Shown here in pieces: positions 46,932-55,331 of a stretch of 64,000 nt of DNA (positions within the stretch are counted from its first letter, which is position 1; each line of letters opens with the position of its first letter). The notes beneath the pieces are model-generated. The model was not told where the DNA came from. It did no database searches and saw only the letters and a list, made by a program, of their open reading frames with translations. The position numbers and the translations under genes were made by a program. Where the stretch lies: the NCBI GenBank assembly GCA_963675665.1, contig OY776510.1:2016001-2080000 (forward strand), written 5' to 3'. The DNA comes from Spirochaetia bacterium (lineage in GTDB: Bacteria; Spirochaetota; Spirochaetia; UBA9216).

Positions 46932-47909
46932 TCAGTACGCTACAATTGTTGTTCCGGCATTTCCGTCAAGTGCCGCTTCAAGGTTGTCAACGTCCGTGAT
47001 TATAACCTTGTGGTGCGGATTTGCCTGGATGAATTCTATAGAGGCCATTATTTTGGGGGCCATCGAGCCTACTCCGAAATGACCTTCGGTATAGTAATAC
47101 CGGGCTTCCGCAAGCGTTAACCGGGACAGTTTTACCTCGTCGGGTTTTCCGAAATTCAGACACACCTCAGGAACACTTGTAATGATTATGAAAGTTTTTG
47201 CCCCTACTGCAAGCGCAATTTTCATACTTGCAAGATCCTTGTCTATAACACAGTCGATACCTTCAAGGGTTTTGTCTTTCTCGTAAAATACCGGAATACC
47301 GCCGCCGCCGCCCGATATTACTACATAATTTCTTTCCAAAAGAAGTTTTATTGCGTCTTTTTCAACAATGTCGATTGGATAGGGCGAGGCCACAAATCTT
47401 CTCCAGCCGCGGCCGGAATCTTCCTTGAGCGTCCAGTCGGTTTCCCTGTTCAGCCTGGCAGCCTCTTCCTCGGTATAAAACGGACCGATTGGTTTTGTCG
47501 GGTTCTTCAGTGACGGATCGTTGTGATCAACAAGAATTTGTGTCGGTATGGTAACAACATTACGCCATACTCCGGCCCGGATCATCACATTCTGCAGACA
47601 CTGTTCTATCATATAACCCATTGATCCCTCGGTCATTGCATCGGCGACTCCAAGCGGTGTTTCAGGCACTGTGTCCTTTGCAGAATCAACCATAAGCATC
47701 AGGTTGCCTACCTGCGGGCCGTTTCCGTGTGTAAGTACGAAGTTGTATCCTTTTTCCAGAAGACTGACAACAGGTTTCATTGACGCCCTTGTGTTGGAAA
47801 ACTGCTGGTGGATATCTCCCTTTTCACCTTTTCTGATAATTGCGTTTCCTCCGAGTGCAATTACGGCGAGATCCTGTGAATCTTTTTTTTCAACCACTGC
47901 CTTTCTCAT
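46932..47909 (-). CDS. arcC: Carbamate kinase
   Basis: ALGGNA, THGNGPQVG, PTKPIGPFY, GGGGIPV, VIDKD, GSMAPK. Confidence 0.95.
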   Translation of the reverse strand: MRKAVVEKKDSQDLAVIALGGNAIIRKGEKGDIHQQFSNTRASMKPVVSLLEKGYNFVLTHGNGPQVGNLMLMVDSAKDTVPETPLGVADAMTEGSMGYMIEQCLQNVMIRAGVWRNVVTIPTQILVDHNDPSLKNPTKPIGPFYTEEEAARLNRETDWTLKEDSGRGWRRFVASPYPIDIVEKDAIKLLLERNYVVISGGGGGIPVFYEKDKTLEGIDCVIDKDLASMKIALAVGAKTFIIITSVPEVCLNFGKPDEVKLSRLTLAEARYYYTEGHFGVGSMAPKIMASIEFIQANPHHKVIITDVDNLEAALDGNAGTTIVAY

Positions 47910-48027
47910 TATCCCTCCAAAAAAGCCGCCAAGGCTGACGGTTAATGGTATTATAAGGCCGTCCAGGCTAATCCGCAACTTTAATTAATTGGCTTGACTT
48001 CATTCTTCATAAGCATGAAAATAGCCT

Positions 48028-48183
48028 ATGGATATGAAAATGGCGCTGAATCTGTTTCTTGTTATTGGAGCAATACTTGTCTGTACTGCAGTCGTTGTTA
48101 TGGGGATAATGATCTACCGTTATGTTACCGGTATGAGGGCTCAGGGCTTTTTCGGCGGAAAGAAGAAGGATGAACAGGAGTAA
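48028..48183 (+). CDS. Small single-TM protein (51 aa, below ORF-track cutoff)
   Basis: MDMKMALNLFLVIGAILVCTAVVVMGIMIYRYVTGMRAQGFFGGKKKDEQE. Confidence 0.55.
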   Translation: MDMKMALNLFLVIGAILVCTAVVVMGIMIYRYVTGMRAQGFFGGKKKDEQE

Positions 48184-48260
48184 CCGAATCTGGTGGGGAA
48201 CTTTTGCAGTATTTGTAATTGTTCTGCTTATTCTTCGTTTTTGTCAGTAAGGAAGTAATA

Positions 48261-48776
48261 ATGAAGAAAATGATAATAACAGCGGTATTTTTTATGGTCG
48301 TCTCATTTTTGGGGGCGGACTCTGCTCTGGATAAATTGTCCGGAGAATGGTATACCGAACCTTTTCTGATGGAGCAGGATTCCGGTTTGCTTACTGCGTC
48401 CGGGGCGGATTATGCTTTCCCGTACCGTGGTATTGAAAAAATAAATTTTCTGGACAGCGGATTTGTTGTTTTTACCGTTTCAGGAATAGAATACAGGGCT
48501 TTTTATGAGGTAGAGGTTCTGGATTTTGATAATTTCCATATACTCTGTAATTTTAAAAATGGTGAAGAGTTTATTCTAAAACTTGTAGAAACCGACCGGA
48601 ATGACTGGATGTATCTGTATCGGATATCCGGAAATTCAATTTTGCGAGGATCTTCGGAACCGGGTGAAGATATAGAGACGCCGGAGGAAGTTATGGAAGA
48701 AGTAACGTTTGAAGAAGAAGCGGTTGAAGAAAAAGTTCCGGAAAGTTTGTATCTGGGAATATTGAAAAGGAAATAA
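48261..48776 (+). CDS. Hypothetical secreted protein with acidic C-terminus
   Basis: MKK + hydrophobic signal peptide; AAGGA RBS. Confidence 0.7.
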   Translation: MKKMIITAVFFMVVSFLGADSALDKLSGEWYTEPFLMEQDSGLLTASGADYAFPYRGIEKINFLDSGFVVFTVSGIEYRAFYEVEVLDFDNFHILCNFKNGEEFILKLVETDRNDWMYLYRISGNSILRGSSEPGEDIETPEEVMEEVTFEEEAVEEKVPESLYLGILKRK

Positions 48777-48778
48777 AT

Positions 48779-48952
48779 ATGGATTTGGGAAGAATAGGTC
48801 TTTTTATAGTAATAGGCGGCGTAAGTATTTATTACGGGCTGTCACAGGGCCGGATCTCCATGATGATTCTCGGAATTGTGATAGCCGTTGTCGGCATTCT
48901 TACTGTAGTGGTAATGGGAAGAAAGAACAGGGATGACAACAAAAATAAATGA
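48779..48952 (+). CDS. Small two-TM protein (57 aa, below ORF-track cutoff)
   Basis: Fills the gap exactly, has two hydrophobic segments, and its stop overlaps the sppA start (ATGA). Confidence 0.6.
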   Translation: MDLGRIGLFIVIGGVSIYYGLSQGRISMMILGIVIAVVGILTVVVMGRKNRDDNKNK

Positions 48953-50559
48953 ATTATGCCGTGCTTGTACTTACAGGAACATACCGTGAAACAGAAATTC
49001 AGACAAGAGGATTAACTTCAGCGTCTGTCGGCCGGAGATTCAGATTTGATGTTTTCTATCTGAAGGTAGAATCGTTAATAAACAGAAAAAACGTACGAAA
49101 AATACTCATCGACTGCCGGAATGACTTTTCGACCGGAATATTCGCCGGGCTTGAAGAGATTCGAGAACGAATTGAAGCATTGAAGACTGCCGGGAAAGAA
49201 GTATTTTTTTATTCTGATTCTTATTCCGGGCCGCAGCTCTATCTCGCTTCAGCGTGTTCTTACCGGCTTCTGCATCCAATGGGGACGTTGAGATTTTTCG
49301 GTTTGTCTCAATCTTTTACTTTTATGAAAGGACTGATGCGAAAATTGGGTATTGATACTGAAATTATTCGCCGCGGACGTTATAAAAGTGCAGGTGACAG
49401 TTTCGGAAAAGACAAACTTGAAGATCCCAATCGCGAACAATATGAACATTTCCTTTCTACCGTAATGGAAACGATCAGCAGCGGAATAAAATCGGGGTTT
49501 GAAAAGAACGATGATGATTTGGCCGAGCTTCTTGACGGAAGGGTTCTTTCGGCGGAAGAGGCTGCTGATGCAAGCTGGATAGACGAGATTGTAAATATAG
49601 GCAGTTTCAGGGAACGCTGGAAATCCGAAGGCGACAAGGAGATTAAATTCAGGAAGACTCCGGTAAGGTCCGGAAAACGCTTTGTGTTTGGAACAGGAGA
49701 AGTTGCTGTCCTTGTTTTTGAAGGAGCTGTAATTGACGGTCATTCACGTCGCGACCCTGTTCTTGGGCAGGCAATAGGTTCTGATTCCTTTATTCCCCAG
49801 ATTATCAAGCTGAAAGAAGATAAAAAAGTAAAAGCAGTTGTTTTTCGAATAAACTCCGGTGGAGGTTCAGCATTTGCTTCGGAAAATATAACCAGCGAAC
49901 TGCGCCTTCTTGCAGAGAAGAAACCCCTGATTGTTTCAATGTCGGAAGTAGCCGGTTCGGGCGGATACTGGATGTCCTGCTGCGGCCGGAAAACATATGC
50001 TCTGCCGACAACGCTTACCGGCTCTATCGGCGTGATAAGCATCTATCCGTCGTGGCCCCGCCTGCTGGAAAGGCTGGGCATTAACCATGAAACTTTGAGA
50101 AACGGTGAACATGCCGATGCAGGATCGCCGCTTCGCGGGCTGTCTGTTAAAGAAAAAAGTATCGTCGATTCGGAAATTGACAATATGTATAAGGGTTTTA
50201 TTAACATGGTTGCCGAATTCAGGCAACTCCCGGTTGATGCCGTTGACTCAATTGCACAGGGAAGAATCTGGCCGGGCGTAACGGCAACCCGGCATAAACT
50301 TGTTGACGAGTCCGGGGGGCTGACCGATTCAATCAGAATCGCTGCTTCGGAGGCAGGTGTAAAAAACCCGGTTTTAAAATTTTATCCACAGGTAAAACAC
50401 AGCCTGGTAGAACGGTTGATAATGAATGTATCAAAGGAAGATGAGGAGACGATTGAGGCAGCATCTTTGATAAAATCGCTTTCGAAATTAATCGGAAAAT
50501 CTACTGTTAAAACAGGTCCTGTAGCGTTAATGGAAGAGGAATTATTCAGATGGATTTAG
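48949..50559 (+). CDS. sppA: Signal peptide peptidase SppA (S49, two-domain)
   Basis: YLASA, YKSAG, RINSGGGS, AGSGGYW, TGSIGV, QGRIW. Confidence 0.9.
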   Translation: MNYAVLVLTGTYRETEIQTRGLTSASVGRRFRFDVFYLKVESLINRKNVRKILIDCRNDFSTGIFAGLEEIRERIEALKTAGKEVFFYSDSYSGPQLYLASACSYRLLHPMGTLRFFGLSQSFTFMKGLMRKLGIDTEIIRRGRYKSAGDSFGKDKLEDPNREQYEHFLSTVMETISSGIKSGFEKNDDDLAELLDGRVLSAEEAADASWIDEIVNIGSFRERWKSEGDKEIKFRKTPVRSGKRFVFGTGEVAVLVFEGAVIDGHSRRDPVLGQAIGSDSFIPQIIKLKEDKKVKAVVFRINSGGGSAFASENITSELRLLAEKKPLIVSMSEVAGSGGYWMSCCGRKTYALPTTLTGSIGVISIYPSWPRLLERLGINHETLRNGEHADAGSPLRGLSVKEKSIVDSEIDNMYKGFINMVAEFRQLPVDAVDSIAQGRIWPGVTATRHKLVDESGGLTDSIRIAASEAGVKNPVLKFYPQVKHSLVERLIMNVSKEDEETIEAASLIKSLSKLIGKSTVKTGPVALMEEELFRWI

Positions 50560-51854
50560 ATGAGTTTTTTGTAAAAGCACTTTCAGCTGCAGAACATTAC
50601 TCAATATCAACCGGAATCCAGTGCTATGTAATTGATACTGAAGGCAAACGGATAGGTCCTGATGATTTTGAAGAATACGGTAATAAATTCTGTGTTGAGC
50701 TTGAAAAGATTTTTCCCTGTGGTGAGCTGAACTGTAATCAGGTACATCGGTACGGCAGCTACCAGGCAGAGCGGTTCGGTGGAAAGTATATGTTTTTCTG
50801 TCCGATGTCCCTGCTGCACTGGACCTCTCCGCTATACATGAAAGGCCGTCTGGTCGGATCCATCATTTGCGGACCCGCTCTTATAATAGATTCTGAAGAT
50901 TTTATACGCAATGATTTAATTTCCGGTAAAAACCTGCCTGCATCTGAAGTATTTAAATTAATGAAGCTTGCCTCAGATATACCCTCAATCACCACCGAAA
51001 GATCCCGCAGTCTTTCTGAATTGCTGTATCTTGCCGCCGCGGGACTGTCAGAGCTGGATAATCTTGAATATCAGCTTCACCAGGAGAATACAGAGCAGCA
51101 GAAAGAGATTTCGGAATATATTCAGTATATCAAGATGATGGAGACCTCCGAAGCGGAATTCTCACGTTACCCGTTCGAGAAAGAAACGGATCTTATTGAC
51201 TATATCGAAAACGGAGAATCCAGGCGCGCCCGTGCTGTGCTGAATGAGATTCTCGGTAATGTATTCTTTTCTTCAGGCGGCGATATAAATGTTATCCGTG
51301 CGAGGGTTCTGGAGCTTGTAGTTCTGCTTTCCAGGGCTGCGGTCAGGGGCGGGGCTGATGCCGAGCAGATTTTCGGAATGAATTATCAGTATATTAATCT
51401 TATAAATTCCTTCACCAGTGTTGATTTAATAGCGTCATGGCTGTCCCGGGTTATTATCAAGTTTTCTGAACTTGTTTTTGATATGAGAGATATCAAGCAT
51501 GCCGACGCTATTCAGGGAGCCATGCAGTATGTGAGGGAAAATTTTCAGAAAAAGATTTCTCTTGATGACGCTGCTGCTCATGTAAACCTTTCTCCGTCCT
51601 ATTTGAGCAAACTTTTTAAAAAAGAACTGGACCAGAATTTTAATAATTATCTTAACCTTGTCAGGGTTGAGAAGAGCAAGAATTATCTTGTAAATACCGA
51701 GGTTCCGCTTATCGATATCGCCGGAATGTGCGGGTTTGAAGATCAGAGCTACTTTTCCAAGGTTTTTAAGAAATTTACCGGCAGTTCTCCCGGAAAATTC
51801 CGTGAAAACAGGGGGCGAAAACCAATGGACAATCAGGAAATTCACAGCTTGTAA
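50550..51854 (+). CDS. PocR-sensor-domain AraC-family regulator
   Basis: Cys-containing PocR domain (FC...C...FFCPMSL) and AraC HTH (SPSYLSKLFKK, GFEDQSYFSKVFKK). Confidence 0.9.
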   Translation: MDLDEFFVKALSAAEHYSISTGIQCYVIDTEGKRIGPDDFEEYGNKFCVELEKIFPCGELNCNQVHRYGSYQAERFGGKYMFFCPMSLLHWTSPLYMKGRLVGSIICGPALIIDSEDFIRNDLISGKNLPASEVFKLMKLASDIPSITTERSRSLSELLYLAAAGLSELDNLEYQLHQENTEQQKEISEYIQYIKMMETSEAEFSRYPFEKETDLIDYIENGESRRARAVLNEILGNVFFSSGGDINVIRARVLELVVLLSRAAVRGGADAEQIFGMNYQYINLINSFTSVDLIASWLSRVIIKFSELVFDMRDIKHADAIQGAMQYVRENFQKKISLDDAAAHVNLSPSYLSKLFKKELDQNFNNYLNLVRVEKSKNYLVNTEVPLIDIAGMCGFEDQSYFSKVFKKFTGSSPGKFRENRGRKPMDNQEIHSL

Positions 51855-51945
51855 AAGCCATTTAAGCCGGGAATTTGCAAAAGTTGACAAAATAATTCAA
51901 TACGGCACCATTTTTTCAAGAGATAATCATAGTACAAAATTAAAA

Positions 51946-52046
51946 CAGCATAATTAAGAGGGAAGCGGAGTGAAAATCTCCCACGAGCGCGTCACTGTAA
52001 AGGGTAAGTTAAAGCTGTCCAAAGTCAGGTCACTCTTATTTTGCTG
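51946..52046 (+). ncRNA. Cobalamin riboswitch (compact form)
   Basis: AGGGAA, GGAGTGAAAATCTCC T-loop hairpin, CACTGTAA and AAGTCAG B12 box, closed by CAGCA..TAAGAG / CTCTTA..TGCTG. Confidence 0.8.
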
Positions 52047-52098
52047 AATGTCATACTCGAACTCGCGAACAGGGAGAGTTGAAGGAGAGATGGAACGT

Positions 52099-52734
52099 AT
52101 GGCAGATTTTGAAAAAATTTCCGAATTAATGCAAAAAGGCAAGGCCGATGATGTAAAACAGCTCTGTGCCGAGGCGCTGGAAGAGGGTGTAGCTCCGAAA
52201 GAAGTACTTGAAAAGGGATTGCTTTCGGCAATGAACATTGTAGGTGAAAAATTCAAGAATAATGAAGTATTTGTCCCTGAAGTTCTGATTGCCGCACGCG
52301 CAATGAATTTCGGCCTTGAGGTTTTAAAGCCGGCCATGGTAGACGGTGATATAGAAGAAATCGGCAAGGTGGTTATTGGAACGGTAAAGGGTGATCTGCA
52401 TGACATAGGTAAAAACCTTGTTAAGATCATGCTTGAAGGCAAAGGCCTTACAGTAATTGATCTTGGAGCTGATGTTTCTGCCGAGAAGTTTATTGAAACG
52501 GCTACCAATGAAAATGCTGATATTATTGCATGTTCTGCGCTGCTTACAACAACCATGACCCAGATGGAATCAATTGTTAAAGCTGCCGGCGATGCGGGAA
52601 TAAGGGATAAGGTAACAATCATGGTAGGCGGAGCCCCTGTTACACAGAAGTTCTGTGAAAGTATCGGTGCTGATATATATGCAGCTGATGCTGCAACAGC
52701 TTCTGAAAAAGCACTTGAAGTTTGTACAAAATAG
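52099..52734 (+). CDS. Corrinoid (B12-binding) protein, MtaC/MttC-like
   Basis: Cap domain FVPEVL, GDLHDIGKNLV, SALLTTT, VGGAP. Confidence 0.95.
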   Translation: MADFEKISELMQKGKADDVKQLCAEALEEGVAPKEVLEKGLLSAMNIVGEKFKNNEVFVPEVLIAARAMNFGLEVLKPAMVDGDIEEIGKVVIGTVKGDLHDIGKNLVKIMLEGKGLTVIDLGADVSAEKFIETATNENADIIACSALLTTTMTQMESIVKAAGDAGIRDKVTIMVGGAPVTQKFCESIGADIYAADAATASEKALEVCTK

Positions 52735-52761
52735 TACAAAATAGTCGGATTCAGACAGATG

Positions 52762-52792
52762 CCGCCCAGTTTACGGGCGGTTTTTTGTTTTT
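52762..52792 (+). terminator. Rho-independent terminator
   Basis: CCGCCC-AGTTTAC-GGGCGG followed by TTTTTTGTTTTT. Confidence 0.8.
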
Positions 52793-52873
52793 CAGGCATG
52801 TGGAGAGCGGCTATAAAATGCAAAAATTAGTTAATAAATACAATATATATCATTTTTTGAGGCATAAACTATA

Positions 52874-52984
52874 GGTTAATTGGAGTTTGCTTATTACATT
52901 ATCAGTCAATAAGTAAACATCCATTACATCCGGGGTAGTCTTCAAAACTAAAGTTTTATAAAACTGCAGTTTTTAGAAGTACCC
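52874..52984. repeat. Second copy of the MITE-like element, TATA-flanked, lacking the first hairpin
   Basis: 52880-52923 matches 31771-31814 at 40/44; ends AAAACTGCAGTTTTTAGAAGTACCC-TATA; TATA also at 52870-73. Confidence 0.8.
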
Positions 52985-53014
52985 TATAATTATTCTTTAA
53001 GATTGGAGAGTATT

Positions 53015-54364
53015 ATGACAGGTAGAGAAAAGGTACTTGCCGTACTGAATAAAGAAAAAACCGATTCCATCCCCTGGCTTCCGTTTGCCGGAGTGCATGC
53101 AGGAAAGTTGAAAGGATATACCGCCAGAGAGGTTTCTACCGAAGCGGATAAACTGATTGAATCGCTTCGTGAAGTAAATAAATTATATAAACCGGATGGT
53201 CAGCCGGTTATGTTCGACCTTCAGATAGAGGCCGAGATCCTCGGATGCGATCTCGTCTGGTCTGATGATGCCCCTCCTACGGTTGCAAGTCATCCGCTGT
53301 CCGAGACAACCGATATTCCCGAAAGACTTCCCGGCAAAGATGACGGACGTATTCCCCTGGCTTTGAAAGCAATGACGGCGATGAAAGAGGAATTCGGCGG
53401 TACAACAGCACTGTATGGATTGATTACAGGGCCTTTTACGTTGGCATCGCATCTTCGCGGAACCAACATTTTTATGGATATGATTATGAATCCTTCTTAT
53501 GTTGCCGAATTGCTTGAATATTGTGTAAAGGTAGCTAAAGAAGTAACTACTTTTTATATTGAAACAGGCATGGATGTAATTGCAGTAGTAGATCCTCTTA
53601 TTTCGCAGATTTCACCGGATCATTTTGCAGAGTTCATGGATAAACCTTTTACCGAGGTTTTTAACCATATCAGAGCAGGCGGAGCCAAATCGTCATTCTT
53701 TGTATGCGGTAACGCCACAGCCAATATTGAACCGATGTGTAAAACAAAGCCTGACAGTATATCAGTCGATGAGAATGTTAATCTTGCTGCAGCTAAAAAG
53801 GTGACCGATGCTTACAACATTGTGATAGGCGGTAATATTCCGCTGACATCCGTGATGCTGTTCGGAACCCAGCAGGATAATATGAAAAATACTGTCGATC
53901 TGATCGACAGCGTAGATAATACCGATCTTTTGATAATAGCTCCGGGTTGCGATATGCCTTATGATATCCCGGTTGAGAATACTATCGGGGTTCAGCAGGC
54001 CGTTCATCAGACCGGGCAGATCCGGGAGATGGTGAAAAATTACGAGGGCACTGAAATAGTATTTGAAGGAGAACTTCCTGATTATGCCAATCTGGAAAAA
54101 CCTCTTATCGAGGTGTTTACGCTTGATTCGATAACATGTGCCGCATGTACATATATGAAGGCCTCTGCTGTAGACATTAAGGAGCATTTCGGAGACAAGG
54201 TTGATATGGTTGAATATAAATATACCGAACCTCAGAACATTGCAAGATGCAAGGTGATGGAGGTTAAACAGTTGCCGAGTATTTATATAAACGGCGAACT
54301 CAAGTATTCTTCCATTATTCCGAACCGAAGCGAATTTATCGCCGAGGTTGAGAAATGTCTGTAG
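53015..54364 (+). CDS. UroD/MtaA-family methyltransferase-like protein fused to a C-terminal thioredoxin-like CxxC domain
   Basis: FDLQIEAEILG, GPFTLA, VVDP, FVCG, GGNI, APGCD, then TCAAC...LPSIYING. Confidence 0.8.
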   Translation: MTGREKVLAVLNKEKTDSIPWLPFAGVHAGKLKGYTAREVSTEADKLIESLREVNKLYKPDGQPVMFDLQIEAEILGCDLVWSDDAPPTVASHPLSETTDIPERLPGKDDGRIPLALKAMTAMKEEFGGTTALYGLITGPFTLASHLRGTNIFMDMIMNPSYVAELLEYCVKVAKEVTTFYIETGMDVIAVVDPLISQISPDHFAEFMDKPFTEVFNHIRAGGAKSSFFVCGNATANIEPMCKTKPDSISVDENVNLAAAKKVTDAYNIVIGGNIPLTSVMLFGTQQDNMKNTVDLIDSVDNTDLLIIAPGCDMPYDIPVENTIGVQQAVHQTGQIREMVKNYEGTEIVFEGELPDYANLEKPLIEVFTLDSITCAACTYMKASAVDIKEHFGDKVDMVEYKYTEPQNIARCKVMEVKQLPSIYINGELKYSSIIPNRSEFIAEVEKCL

Positions 54365-55329
54365 AAAAAATGTCCGGAGAGCAAATGTCTTTCGGACATA
54401 AAATTCCGCTTGTTCTTGTATCGGGTTTTTTGGGTTCGGGCAAGACAACCTTTCTGAATAATCTTTTCAATCTTTTCCCGGACAAGAAGTTCGGGATTAT
54501 CATAAATGATTTCGGTGCAATAGGTGTTGACGCGGCAGTAATAAAATCTCCAAAAGGCGCAATAATAGAAGAATTGAATAACGGACAGATCTTCTGTTCC
54601 TGCCTTGCCGGTTCGTTTATCAAGTCTGTTTCAGCGTATGCAGATCTGGATATTGACTATCTGCTGGTAGAAACCTCGGGACTGGCAAAACCTTCGCCGA
54701 TGCTTGAAATAATCGAAGCAATAAAAAAAATTAATGGAAACAGGTTCAGCTATTTCGGTATGGTAAGCCTTGTTGATTGCGGGACATACCTGGCTTTGTC
54801 GAATGTTCTGAAAGCGGTTGATGAGCAGATTCATTACAGCGATCTTGTAGTAATGAATAAAACAGATACTGTCGATACGGGAACCCTCAAAAAAGTTGAA
54901 ATGAAGATCCTTTCAGTGAATCCCGATGCTGATATTATCAGGACCGAGTACGGAAGACTTCAGGAAGAAGATTTTTTAAAGCTGAATGAGAAAAAGAATA
55001 TAACAGCGCCCGACGGGCGCTTTGCCGGATGGGGCGGGCAGGGAAGGCCTGTTCCGATATTGCTGCAGAGCAAATCTCCGGTCAGCCTTTCAGCCCTGCA
55101 GGCTTTTGTTGATGATCCCGGCGGAGATTTTTACAGGATGAAAGGACGGCTGAGTACCGATTCCGGAATGGTTTATGTAGACTGTACTACCGGGCAAAAA
55201 GAAATGAGAAAAGATGAATCAAGCGCGGAAAACAGGTCGGAGGGGCTTGTTATTATCCTTCCGGCAGATGAGAATATTGTCAGTGAGGTGAAACAGCGGG
55301 CGTCTGTAATCTTTGGCCCGTTGGAATAA
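54355..55329 (+). CDS. CobW/COG0523-family GTPase (metallochaperone)
   Basis: GFLGSGKTT, NDFG, FCSC, ETSG, NKTD, RMKG. Confidence 0.88.
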   Translation: MSVEKMSGEQMSFGHKIPLVLVSGFLGSGKTTFLNNLFNLFPDKKFGIIINDFGAIGVDAAVIKSPKGAIIEELNNGQIFCSCLAGSFIKSVSAYADLDIDYLLVETSGLAKPSPMLEIIEAIKKINGNRFSYFGMVSLVDCGTYLALSNVLKAVDEQIHYSDLVVMNKTDTVDTGTLKKVEMKILSVNPDADIIRTEYGRLQEEDFLKLNEKKNITAPDGRFAGWGGQGRPVPILLQSKSPVSLSALQAFVDDPGGDFYRMKGRLSTDSGMVYVDCTTGQKEMRKDESSAENRSEGLVIILPADENIVSEVKQRASVIFGPLE

Positions 55330-55331
55330 AA

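Noticed and set aside
51954-52823. 289-aa antisense ORF (similarly 53762-54448, 61047-61667 and other shadow ORFs)
   Set aside because: These are antisense shadows of well-supported genes with no recognisable domains.
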